From assembly GCA_002269645.1 (NCBI GenBank), contig NIVC01005190.1:1-22648 (forward strand): a DNA stretch of 22,648 nucleotides, given 5' to 3'. Positions 1 through 9,007 of the stretch are shown here, in pieces; the stretch's first letter is position 1; each line of letters starts with the position of its first letter. Under the pieces are notes generated by a model. It ran no database searches. It was not told where the DNA came from and saw only the letters and a list, made by a program, of their open reading frames with translations. The DNA is from Macrostomum lignano. Taxonomy: Eukaryota. The position numbers and the translations under genes were made by a program.

Positions 1-190
1 GAATCTGAGGGGTATAGAATCGCTCAATAATGGGAGAATCTCAGGGGAATGGAGAATCTCAGGGGTATAGAATCGCTCCTGGAGAATCTCAGGGGGAAAG
101 GAGAATCTCAGGGGTATAGAATCGCTCACTGGAGAATCTCAGGGGAAAGGAGAATCTCAGGGGTATAGAATCGCTCATGGAGAATCTCAG
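1..190. repeat. Dimeric minisatellite (~49 bp: GGAGAATCTCAGGGGTATAGAATCGCTC plus GGAGAATCTCAGGGGAAA), cut by the window edge
   Basis: Directly visible; about 4 dimers. Confidence 0.9.
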
Positions 191-1548
191 TCACCCTTGG
201 AAGCAACTGAGAGATGGCAGACCAAATCTACATCAAGTCAATCTGCAAAACAAAACAAAAAAGCTCACTTCGCAACAAAGCAAAATTGAAACTTCGAGTT
301 GTTAAGGCCAGAGGAAGCGGTTATAGCTCGCTAAAAAAGCACTGGAGTTCTCGCCGAGCAGATTGGCGAATAGAAGGCGAAAGAAAAACACAGTTAGAGA
401 GGAGTTGAGCCCTCTTCTATTTAGCAGACGGCCTCTCCGGCTGGAGCTATGCTATATATAATCTATGCTAAATAGCAAGCAGACCCACGAGGCCAAGCAA
501 GACTGTCTCTCCTCCCTCTCACTTAGCCATCCATTGTTTGCCAGAGAGGGGAGGCTTCTTTCCGCTCAACGAGCCAAAGAAGGCAGCTGCGGGTGCTGCA
601 GAGTCTCAGGCTCTCAGACCGCTCTCCTCCCCCCTGAGCTGCCTGCTCTCGAATAAAACACTTACTAAGGTATTACAATTGTTTTGTTCGACTTCAAGCT
701 GTTTTTTCCTGAACTGCTTTAGAAATGAGCAGTATATATTATTATATACCTTAATACAAACCTCAATCCTGACTTTGCGATTCTCACGGTCGTACAGCGA
801 CTTCGGCACTGCATTTTTGTTACGCTTGAGTTCATAAATTTATGCTCGTAGTTGTAATTTTAGTTTTTTTTTGCTGTCAATTTGTTGCTTTCGGTTTAGC
901 GTTGTAATAATTACAATTATGGTTGGTGCAACTCTGAGCCAGCTAGTTTGTGCTAGCAGGTGAATTTCACATATGCATGCATATAGTCTCTCCTGCAATA
1001 TGGAATGAGGAATTGAAGATTAGGAATCCCAACTAGGGAAGGAATCAGGCCGAAAGTCAGGGCCGTTCGTCGAAGACGCAATTGGGGCCCGTGTATCCCA
1101 GTGGTCTGGCGCTGCGCTTTGATGTGCCTGCGGCCCAGGCTCAATTCCAAGTGCAGTCACATTAATTTGGGGCTAGACTGGAATCTCGGCTTGGCTCTGC
1201 TCGTGCAATTAACGGCCTTGAGAGCCAACCCCCCAAGGCACAGTGCAGTTTACATGCCTAACGATAAATAAGTCAGGGCCGCTGTACACTCCTGTGTGAG
1301 CGTGTGCCTGTGCGTACGTATCCGCGCGCTTGTGTGCCTGCTCAGGGGAGTCGGCGGAATGGCAGCAATGCCTCTCGCCGGTTGTGTGACAATGTCGCTT
1401 AAAGTGCGCAAGGGTGCTCACAGCCCCTGTCTCTGATAAAATGGGGTCAAAGACAACATGGCTTATATTTTCGAGCTATTCGAAGTCAGCCTCGCTCCGA
1501 ACTTGGAGAAACAATGGACACATACCGTTTGGTACAGAGAACATTATG

Positions 1549-1554
1549 TTTATT
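1549..1554 (-). terminator. Candidate polyadenylation signal (AATAAA) of the CELF gene
   Basis: First canonical minus-strand AATAAA I found downstream of the stop. It is followed by a CA about 19 nt later and a GU/U-rich tract (GGTATGTGTCCATTGTTTCT). Confidence 0.35.
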
Positions 1555-1654
1555 TTTTTTAAATCGAAGAAAAACACTGATCAATTTGAGTGCGGAAAAC
1601 TGGCCTGACTAAAGGATTTATGGCTGATGAGGATAATAGGATTAGAGTCAGACA

Positions 1655-2225
1655 GAGAAATTAGATATCGGGGATAGATTAGAGACTAGGGAAAGAGATT
1701 AGACATGGGGACAGGTTAGATACCGGTATGGTGGGAGAGTTTGGAGATTGGGGAGCAAGATTAGTTAATAGGGGGAGAGAGAGAGATTAGATATTCGGAA
1801 GAGAGAGATTAGGTATTTGGGAGAGAGATTAGAGATTAGAGAGAGATTAGATATTCGGGAGAGAGAGATAAGAGATGGGAGAGAGAGATTAGATATTCGG
1901 GAGAGAGATTAGAGATTAGAGAGAGATTAGATAATCGGAAGAGAGATTAGATATTCGGAAGAGAGAGATTAGGTATTTGGGAGAGAGATTAGAGATTAGA
2001 GAGAGATTAGGTATTTGGAAGAGAGATTAGAGATTAGAGAGAGATTAGATATTCGGGAGAGAGATTAGAGATTAGAGAGAGATTAGATAATCGGAAGAGA
2101 GATTAGAGATTAGAGAGAGATTAGATAATCGGGAGAGAGATTAGATATTCGGAGAGAGAGAGATAAGAGATGAGAGAGAGATTAGATATTCGGGAGAGAG
2201 ATTAGAGATTGGGGAGAGACTAGAG
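1655..2225. repeat. GA-rich low-complexity repeat (GAGAGAGATTAGATATTCGG / GAGATTA modules)
   Basis: Directly visible; degenerate left end. Confidence 0.9.
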
Positions 2226-2906
2226 GTTTTCACAATGGCGGAGGAAGGGTTGGGGATCTAGCAGATCCAGGGAGACACTAACCAAAAGGAGCAGAGAGCA
2301 GGGGCAGTTCAGTATAGAAGAGAGAAAGCAATGATGGGACTCAAGTGAGCTGTCGACGCACTGCTGGTAATGCCTTACTGTTAGTAATATAATTCAGATA
2401 TTGTATTACCACAAGAATAATCATAAGCAGTCAAAGGAAAATTCGCATAGCAGTAAAGAATTATGGAATATAAATTGTGAATTATTAGACGAGAGAATTA
2501 TTAATCATTGATTTGGCTGAATGGCGGTGCGCTTTCGAATATCGCAGCAGTAGGCTGACTACGGAAAAGTACACACAGAGAGAACTGACTTCAGTAACCT
2601 GCGCTTATAATTAAACAAAAAATAAACTTGAATAGTAAATAAACTTAATAAATGATGAGGAATCAACTCAATTAACTTGAATGTGCGGCGTCAATCGTCA
2701 AGTGTTGGACTATCGAATGCATGAGATCAGCTGTGCTCAGTGCTAAATAGCTGAGCACAGTAGATATTAGTCACAATGGGGGGCGAAAATTCGAATGGCA
2801 GCAGATTAACAAATGTTTTCCTTCATCTTGGAATTGATTAGCACTTCATATTGGTTAGCGATTGATATTTGCACTGCTGTTGCTGGGTGAACTGTAGAAC
2901 TGTCTG

Positions 2907-3298
2907 TAAGCCTCAGCTATCGATCTCTAAGCCTCAGCTATCGATCAGCTATCGATCTCTAAGCGCCTCAGCTATCGATCTCTAAGCCTTAGCTATCGAT
3001 CTCTAAGCGCCTCAGCTATTGATCTCTAAGCCTCAGCTATCGATCAGCTATCGATCTCTAAGCGCCTCAGCTATCGATCTCTAAGCCTCAGCTATCGATC
3101 TCTAAGCCTCAGCTATCGATCTCTAAGCCTCAGCTATCGATCAGCTATCGATCTCTAAGCCTCAGCTATCGATCTCTAAGCCTCAGCTATCGATCTCTAA
3201 GCGCCTCAGCTATCGATCTCTAAGCCTCAGCTATCGATCTCTAAGCCTCAGCTATCGATCAGCTATCGATCTCTAAGCCTCAGCTATCGATCTCTAAG
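2907..3298. repeat. 21-bp minisatellite TAAGCCTCAGCTATCGATCTC with 23-bp and 32-bp variants, about 16 copies
   Basis: Directly visible; begins about 40 nt after the CELF stop codon on the transcript strand. Confidence 0.95.
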
Positions 3299-3339
3299 AC
3301 TCAGACACTCAGCCGCAGTCAGATTTCATATCGCTGAGT

Positions 3340-3716
3340 TCAGTAGGGCCGGGCCTCGCCCTTGGGCCGCTTGAGCTGCACCTTGAGCCGCTTGGTGCCG
3401 ATCTGGAAGCCGTTCATCGCCTGGATGGCCGCGGCAGCCGAGGCCGAGTTGTCGAAGCTGACGAAGCCGAAGCACTTGCTCTGGTTGGTGGCCCGGTCCA
3501 CGTACACCTTGGCCGAGATCACCGTGCCGAACGGGGCGAACATCTGGGCCAGTTCCGTGTCGCCGAACTCCTGCGGCAGGTGGTAGATGAACAGGTTGCA
3601 GCCGTCGGGCCCAGTCAGGATGAAATCCTTCGAGCCCTCCTTGTGCTGCACCGGCATCGTGATGGCCTGCTGGGCCAGCGACATGAACGGGTGCGCGAAC
3701 GCTGCGTTAAACCCGG
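3340..3716 (-). CDS. CELF3-6: CELF terminal coding exon: RRM3 and C-terminus ([17 protein letters not shown]...[18 protein letters not shown]...[17 protein letters not shown])
   Basis: Acceptor ctttgcag| at 3717-3719 with a C-rich tract upstream, phase 1. Length 377 nt = 2 + 125 codons, ending in TGA at 3340. RNP2 LFIYHL and RNP1 KCFGFVSF motifs are present. Confidence 0.97.
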
Positions 3717-3745
3717 CTGCAAAGCGTTTGGAGGGGGGCGGGGCG

Positions 3746-4775
3746 TTTCAGGAGTGTGTCTGGGAATCGCTTCAGGAGTGTGTCTGGGAATCGCTTCAGG
3801 AGTGAGGCTGGGAATCGCTTTAGGAGTGAGGCTGGGAATCGCTTCAGGAGTGTGTCTGGGAATCGCTTCAGGAGTGAGGCTGGGAATCGCTTCAGGAGTG
3901 AGGCTGGGAATCGCTTCAGGAGTGAGGCTGGGAATCACTTCAGGAGTGTGTCTGGGAATCGCTTCAGGAGTGAGGCTGGGAATCGCTTCAGGAGTGTGTC
4001 TGGAAATCGCTTCAGGAGTGTGTCTGGGAATCGCTTCAGGAGTGAGGCTGGGAATCGCTTCAGGAGTGTGTCTGGGAATCGCTTCAGGAGTGAGGCTGGG
4101 AATCGCTTCAGGAGTGAGGCTGGGAATCGCTTCAGGAGTGAGGCTTGGAATCGCTTCAGGAGTGTGTCTGGGAATCGTTTCAGGAGTGTGTCTGGGAATC
4201 GCTTCAGGAGTGTGTCTGGGAATCGCTTCAGGAGTGAGGCTGGGAATCGTTTCAGGAGTGTGTCTGGGAATCGCTTTAGGAGTGAGGCTGGGAATCGCTT
4301 CAGGAGTGAGGCTGGGAATCGCTTCAGGAGTGTGTCTGGGAATCGCTTCAGGAGTGAGGCCAGAAGTGAGGCTGGGAATCGCTTCAGGAGTGAGGCTGGG
4401 AATCGCTTCAGGAGTGAGGCCAGAAGTGAGGCTGGGAATTGCTTCAGGAGTGAGGCTGGGAATCGCTTCAGGAGTGAGGCTGGGAATCGCTTCAGGAGTG
4501 AGGCCAGAAGTGAGGCTGGGAATCGTTTCAGGAGTGAGGCTGGGAATCGCTTCAGGAGTGAGGCCAAAAGGGAGGCTGGGGATCGCTTCAGGAGTGAGGC
4601 TGGGAATCGCTTTAGGAGTGTGTCTGGGAATCGCTTCAGGAGTGAGGCTGGGAATCGCTTTAGGAGTGAGGCTGGGAATCGCTTCAGGAGTGTGTCTGGG
4701 AATCGCTTCAGGAGTGAGGCTGGGAATCGCTTCAGGAGTGAGGCTGAGAATCGCTTCAGCAGTGTGGCTGAGTAG
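3746..4775. repeat. 24-bp minisatellite GGGAATCGCTTCAGGAGTG(AGGCT/TGTCT), about 42 copies, with 12-bp insert variants
   Basis: Directly visible; fills almost all of intron 4795-3717 and explains the repetitive ORFs here. Confidence 0.97.
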
Positions 4776-4795
4776 CGGTCTGGGCAGTCACTCAC

Positions 4796-4858
4796 GCAGG
4801 CTCGGGTACATGCTGGGGGACATGGCTGCCGTATAAGCCTGCTGCAGATGCTCTGAGC
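4796..4858 (-). CDS. CELF3-6: CELF 63-nt linker exon ((G)SEHLQQAYTAAMSPSMYPSL)
   Basis: Acceptor ttctttcag|, donor C|gtgagt, phase 1 to phase 1. LQQAY matches the conserved CELF linker motif. Confidence 0.88.
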
Positions 4859-4985
4859 CTGAAAGAATCAAAAAGTAAATCATGTTACTCTTGACAAAAA
4901 TATTCCATTTATTCTACTGACTAGCGCCATAAGTAGCTAAATAGGCGCATGCGCACAATAATATCCGCAAAAACTAGCGGCTTAC

Positions 4986-5244
4986 CGGCCGTGCCAAGAA
5001 GGTGCCCCGGCATGACGCCGGCCGCGTACAGAGCAGCCGCTGTGGACGCCGCGTCGCCGGCCGCTCCGCCACCGTTGGCCACGGTGGTCGGACTGAGCAT
5101 ACTCGATGAGGAGACAGCCGCGCTGAGCAGCTGCTGACTCTGCTGGTGCTGCTGCAGACCGCCGCCGCCGCCGCCGCTTTGTAGCTGGAGCGCCAGAGCG
5201 GCAACTGGATTGATGTAGCCACCGCTGGGACCGCCGGCGCCGGC
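4986..5244 (-). CDS. CELF3-6: CELF linker (divergent domain) exon (AGAGGPSGGYINPVAALALQLQ...HLLGTA)
   Basis: Acceptor ttcacag|GCC (phase 0), donor G|gtaagc (phase 1); 259 nt = 86 codons + 1. GGYINP resembles GGYLNP of CELF3-6. GC-rich and Gly/Ala/Gln-rich. Confidence 0.88.
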
Positions 5245-5277
5245 CTGTGAATTTTGGTTGAGAAAGATTACGTTTTT

Positions 5278-5692
5278 TATCGATACATATCGGCGCTGAT
5301 ATTTTTTCGATAAGTTTTGAAAAAAAAAACAATTTTGAACGATTTCGATACATATCGGCGCTGATATATTTTCGATAAGTTTTGAAAAAAAACAATTTGA
5401 ACGATTTCGATACATATCGGCGCTGATATCTTTTCGATAAGTTTGAAAAAAAACAATTTTTGAACGATTTCGATACATATCGGCGCTGATATCTTTTCGA
5501 TAAGTTTTGAAAAAAAACTATTTTGAACGATTTCGATACATATCGGCGCTGATAGCTTTTCGATAAGTTTTGAAAAAAAACTATTTTGAACGATTTCGAT
5601 ACATATCGGCCATAAAAATCAATTTCGATACATATCGGCGCCAAATCGATTTTTTAAAATATCGGCCCTAAATTAATTTCGATACATATCGG
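5278..5692. repeat. ~63-bp AT-rich tandem repeat with core TTTCGATACATATCGG
   Basis: Core recurs at 5281, 5346, 5408, 5471, 5534 and 5597, with partial copies at 5626 and 5680. Confidence 0.93.
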
Positions 5693-5732
5693 AGACTAAT
5701 TGGTGCTGCTTTTTGGCTGTGCCTGGACTCAC

Positions 5733-5836
5733 AGTCCCATATGTTACGGATCCGCAGGAATAAACGTAGCCAAATTTTCCTTCTGGTATGGCCAGCGCCG
5801 CGGCTCCCGCTGGATGATTTTGTCTCATGGGCACCG

Positions 5837-5871
<35 letters not shown>

Positions 5872-5900
5872 GTAGACATTTCTTGTGTTAGCTCCGACAT
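5733..5900 (-). CDS. Putative alternative CELF exon (MSELTQEMSTEQ10AVPMRQ...TYGT); first, cassette or poison exon
   Basis: ATG at 5900 opens exactly 56 codons up to a strong donor ACT|gtgagt (5732-5727). The phase 0 donor is compatible with the acceptor at 5244. Contains (CAG)10. No homology support. Confidence 0.45.
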
Positions 5901-5941
5901 CCCGGTCCTCTCAGTGTCTGTCTTCTATCTCGGGCTCAGTG

Positions 5942-5948
5942 TTTTATA
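5942..5948 (-). promoter_or_regulatory. TATAAAA box of a possible internal promoter
   Basis: Consensus TATAAAA about 45 nt upstream of the ATG at 5900, preceded by a GAGAGAGAG tract near 5968-5979. Confidence 0.35.
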
Positions 5949-6451
5949 ATACTGGCTGGCAATCTATTCTCTCTCTCTCCCTTCTGCGCTGGCCTGCTGA
6001 ACTCTGATTTACTCTCCTGATCCGATTGCCTCCCTTTTTACCTCGCAAAGCGTGTCTCGAGGTGAGCCGAGACCAGATACACGCGCCCCCTGCCTCTCCT
6101 TATCTAACAGCTGAGGGGAGCTGCGGGATTCGAGCCGTGAGGGGAAGCGTAGTGTTGCGCACTCCATGCTCACCTCACACCAACCTTTTTACCGAACTTC
6201 CTGCTGACTCTCCTCATCCCAGCCGCTACAGTGGCTAGAAATAGGGCTTCCTGTTTCCTTCTAGGAGCAGGCAATATAAAATTATGCTCTTAAATTTATT
6301 GACCACCATTTGCCCAGCGTTGGCAAAATTATTCTCTGTTGCTTTCGGGTAGCGCCGTTAGCCATTCTTGCAGTTTTCTGACAGATTCGCTGCTGGCTGA
6401 TACCTGCGCTCGCTCAGAGATTGCTGTTCTCTAAATGCTCTTTAGTGAAGC

Positions 6452-7631
6452 CAGTGAGTCAGTGAGTCAGTGAGTCAGTGAGTCAGTGAGTCAGTGAGTC
6501 AGTCAGTCAGTCAGTCAGTGAGTCAGTCAGTCAGTCAGTGAGTCAGTGAGTCAGTGAGTCAGTCAGTCAGTCAGTGAGTCAGTCAGTCAGTCAGTCAGTG
6601 AGTGAGTCAGTCAGTCAGTCAGTCAGTCAGTCAGTCAGTCAGTCAGTCAGTCAGTCAGTCAGTCAGTCAGTCAGTGAGTCAGTCAGTCAGTCAGTCAGTG
6701 AGTCAGTCAGTCAGTCAGCCAGTCAGCCAGTCAGTGAGACAGTCAGTGAGTCAGTGAGTCAGTCAGCCAGTCAGCCAGTCAGTGAGACAGTCAGTGAGTC
6801 AGTGAGTCAGTCAGTGAGTCAGTCAGTCAGTCAGTGAGACAGTCAGTGAGTCAGTGAGTCAGTGAGTCAGTGAGTCATTGAGTCAGTGAGTCAGTCAGTC
6901 AGTGAGTCAGTCAGTGAATCAGTGAGTCAGTGAGTCAGTGAGTCAGTCAGTGAGTCAGTCAGTCAGTGAGTCATTCAGTGAGTCAGTCAGTCAGTCAGTG
7001 AGTCAGTCAGTCAGTCAGTGAGACAGTCAGTGAGTCAGTGAGTCAGTGAGTCATTGAGTCAGTGAGTCAGTCAGTCAGTGAGTCAGTCAGTGAATCAGTG
7101 AGTCAGTGAGTCAGTGAGTCAGTCAGTGAGTCAGTCAGTCAGTGAGTCATTCAGTGAGTCAGTCAGTCAGTCAGTCAGTCAGTCAGTCAGTCAGTGAGAC
7201 AGTCAGTGAATCAGTGAGTCAGTGAGTCAGTCAGTGAGTCAGTCAGTCAGTGAGTCAGTGAGTCAGTGAGTCAGTGAGTCAGTCAGTCAGTGAGTCAGTG
7301 AGTCAGTCAGTCAGTGAGTCAGTCAGTCAGTGAGTCAGTCAGTGAGTCAGTCAGTCAGTCAGTCAGTCAGTCAGTCAGTGAGTCAGTCAGTCAGTCAGTC
7401 AGTCAGTCAGTCAGTCAGTCAGTCAGTGAGTCAGTCAGTCGGTCAGTCAGTCAGTCAGTCAGTCAGTCAGTCAGTCAGTCAGTCAGTCAGTCAGTCAGTC
7501 AGTCAGTCAGTCAGTCAGTCAGTCAGTCAGTCAGTCAGTCAGTCAGTCAGTCAGTCAGTCAGTCAGTCAGTCAGTCAGTAAGACAGTCAGTCATTCAGTC
7601 AGTCAGTCAGTCAGTCAGTCAGTGAGTCAGT
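6452..7631. repeat. Tetranucleotide microsatellite (TCAG)n interspersed with TGAG
   Basis: Directly visible; 1.18 kb; ends about 7 nt from the donor at 7638. Confidence 0.98.
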
Positions 7632-7638
7632 GGCCTAC

Positions 7639-7797
7639 CTGTCCAAACTGAGCAGCCGTGGGCACAGGATTAGCCTGACCAGCCGTGGTTAATCCGGGAT
7701 TAACGAGACCCAGCGGCCCGACCATCTGCTGCAGCTTGCGCAGCTGCCTCTCCTTCTCGTTGTCGGCGAATTTCACCACGATGGAGCTGCTGGCGCC
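7639..7797 (-). CDS. CELF3-6: CELF exon, end of RRM2 and start of linker ([30 protein letters not shown]...AQFGQ)
   Basis: Acceptor ttttcctcctcag|, donor CAG|gtaggc; 159 nt = 53 codons, phase 0 to 0. Matches GASSSLVVKFADTDKER of CELF3-6. Absent from the supplied ORF track. Confidence 0.95.
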
Positions 7798-7975
7798 CTG
7801 AGGAGGAAAAGTGCAACTTTAATTAAATAGTATTAACATAAAAAATCGAAGCGTGAATGGCTACTTGTAGTAGGGTGCTAGTTTTTTATTTGCTAGGCCC
7901 AAATTGGAAACAAAAGAATACCGGAAAAACCAAATATTGCGGCAACTTCGCTCTTATAACTGACCTATAATGGAT

Positions 7976-8663
7976 TTAGCAGATCAAACGATACCTATTA
8001 AACCATTATCAGATCAAAAGATACCCATTAGCAGATTAAAAGATGCCCATTCAGTATATCAAAAGATACCCCGTCAACAGATCAAAAGATACCCATTAGT
8101 AGATCAAAAGATACCCATTAGCTGATCAAAAGATACCCATTAGTATATCAAAAGATACCCATTAGCTGATCAAAAGATACCCATTAGCTGATCAAAAGAT
8201 ACCCGTCAGCAGATCAAAAGATACCCCGTCAACAGATCAAAAGATACCCATTAGTAAATCAAAAGATACCCATTAGTAGATCAAAAGATACCCATTAGTA
8301 GATCAAAAGATACCCATTAGTATATCAAAAGATACCCATTAGCTGATCAAAAGATACCCATTAGCTGATCAAAAGATACCCGTCAGCAGATCAAAAGATA
8401 CCCCGTCAGCAGATCAAAATATACCCATTAGCTGATCAAAAGATACCTGTCAGCAGATCAAAAGATACCCATTAGCAGATCAAAAGATACCCATTAGCTG
8501 ATCAAAAGATACCCGTCAGCAGATCAAAAGATACCCATTAGCTGATCAAAAGATACCCGTCAGCAGATCAAAAGATACCCATTAGCTGATCAAAAGATAC
8601 CCATTAGCTGATCAAAAGATATCCGTCAGCAGCTCAAAAGATTAGTAGATCAAACGATGCCCC
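7976..8663. repeat. 22-bp minisatellite GATCAAAAGATACCCATTAGCT, about 30 copies
   Basis: Directly visible; fills most of intron 8702-7798. Confidence 0.96.
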
Positions 8664-8702
8664 ACTCTGAGATGCGAGTCACAACCGGGACAGGTCACTC
8701 AC

Positions 8703-8911
8703 AGCCATAGTCTGACTGCCGTGCAAATTGTTGATGGCACTCTGCGCCTCCAGGTGATTGGTGTACTTGATAAAAGCGCAGCCCTTGCTGACGCCGTGCT
8801 GGTCGCGAAGGATGGCGCATTCCTCGATGCGGCCGAAGGGTTCAAACAGTCGTCTGACATCGTCCTCGGACTGCTGCTTGGAGAGCATGCCGACGAACAG
8901 CTTGCGGTCGT
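8703..8911 (-). CDS. CELF3-6: CELF RRM2 exon ([69 protein letters not shown])
   Basis: Acceptor cgcag|AC (phase 1), donor GCT|gtgagt (phase 0); 209 nt = 2 + 69 codons. RNP2 LFVGML and RNP1 KGCAFIKY motifs are present. Confidence 0.97.
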
Positions 8912-9007
8912 CTGCGTCATGATCGGGGGGTCAGGGAGAGAGTAAAGAGGATGTTAGTTTAGACTTTTGTAGTGTGCTTTGCTGAGGTGCAGGTGTTTTA
9001 GGATGGA

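Noticed and set aside
214-1608. Short ORFs of 63-99 aa at the left end
   Set aside because: No recognisable domains or supported exon structure; lengths are within chance expectation.
1624-1665. CTGATGA hammerhead ribozyme core (also on the minus strand near 14042 and 14552)
   Set aside because: I could not build a stem II followed by GAAA with flanking helices.
3610-3633. The 24-nt insertion before RRM3 as a micro-intron
   Set aside because: No GT-AG or GC-AG ends in any register; it stays in frame and is treated as coding.
3580-4836. Long ORFs of 418, 339 and 286 aa (LGIASGVR, NRFRSEAG and LLKRFPAS repeats)
   Set aside because: They result from a stop-free 24-bp tandem unit inside a CELF intron with valid GT-AG ends and matching phase.
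4921-5644. ORFs 4921-5478 and 4982-5644 as complete genes
   Set aside because: Only 4986-5244 is exon. The N-terminal parts are translations of the 63-bp intronic repeat, and the tail runs past the GTAAG donor.
6060-6140. B-box-like GATTCGAGCC suggesting a tRNA or tRNA-derived SINE
   Set aside because: No convincing A box or cloverleaf upstream.
6574-7625. SQSV-repeat ORFs
   Set aside because: Translation of the (TCAG)n microsatellite.
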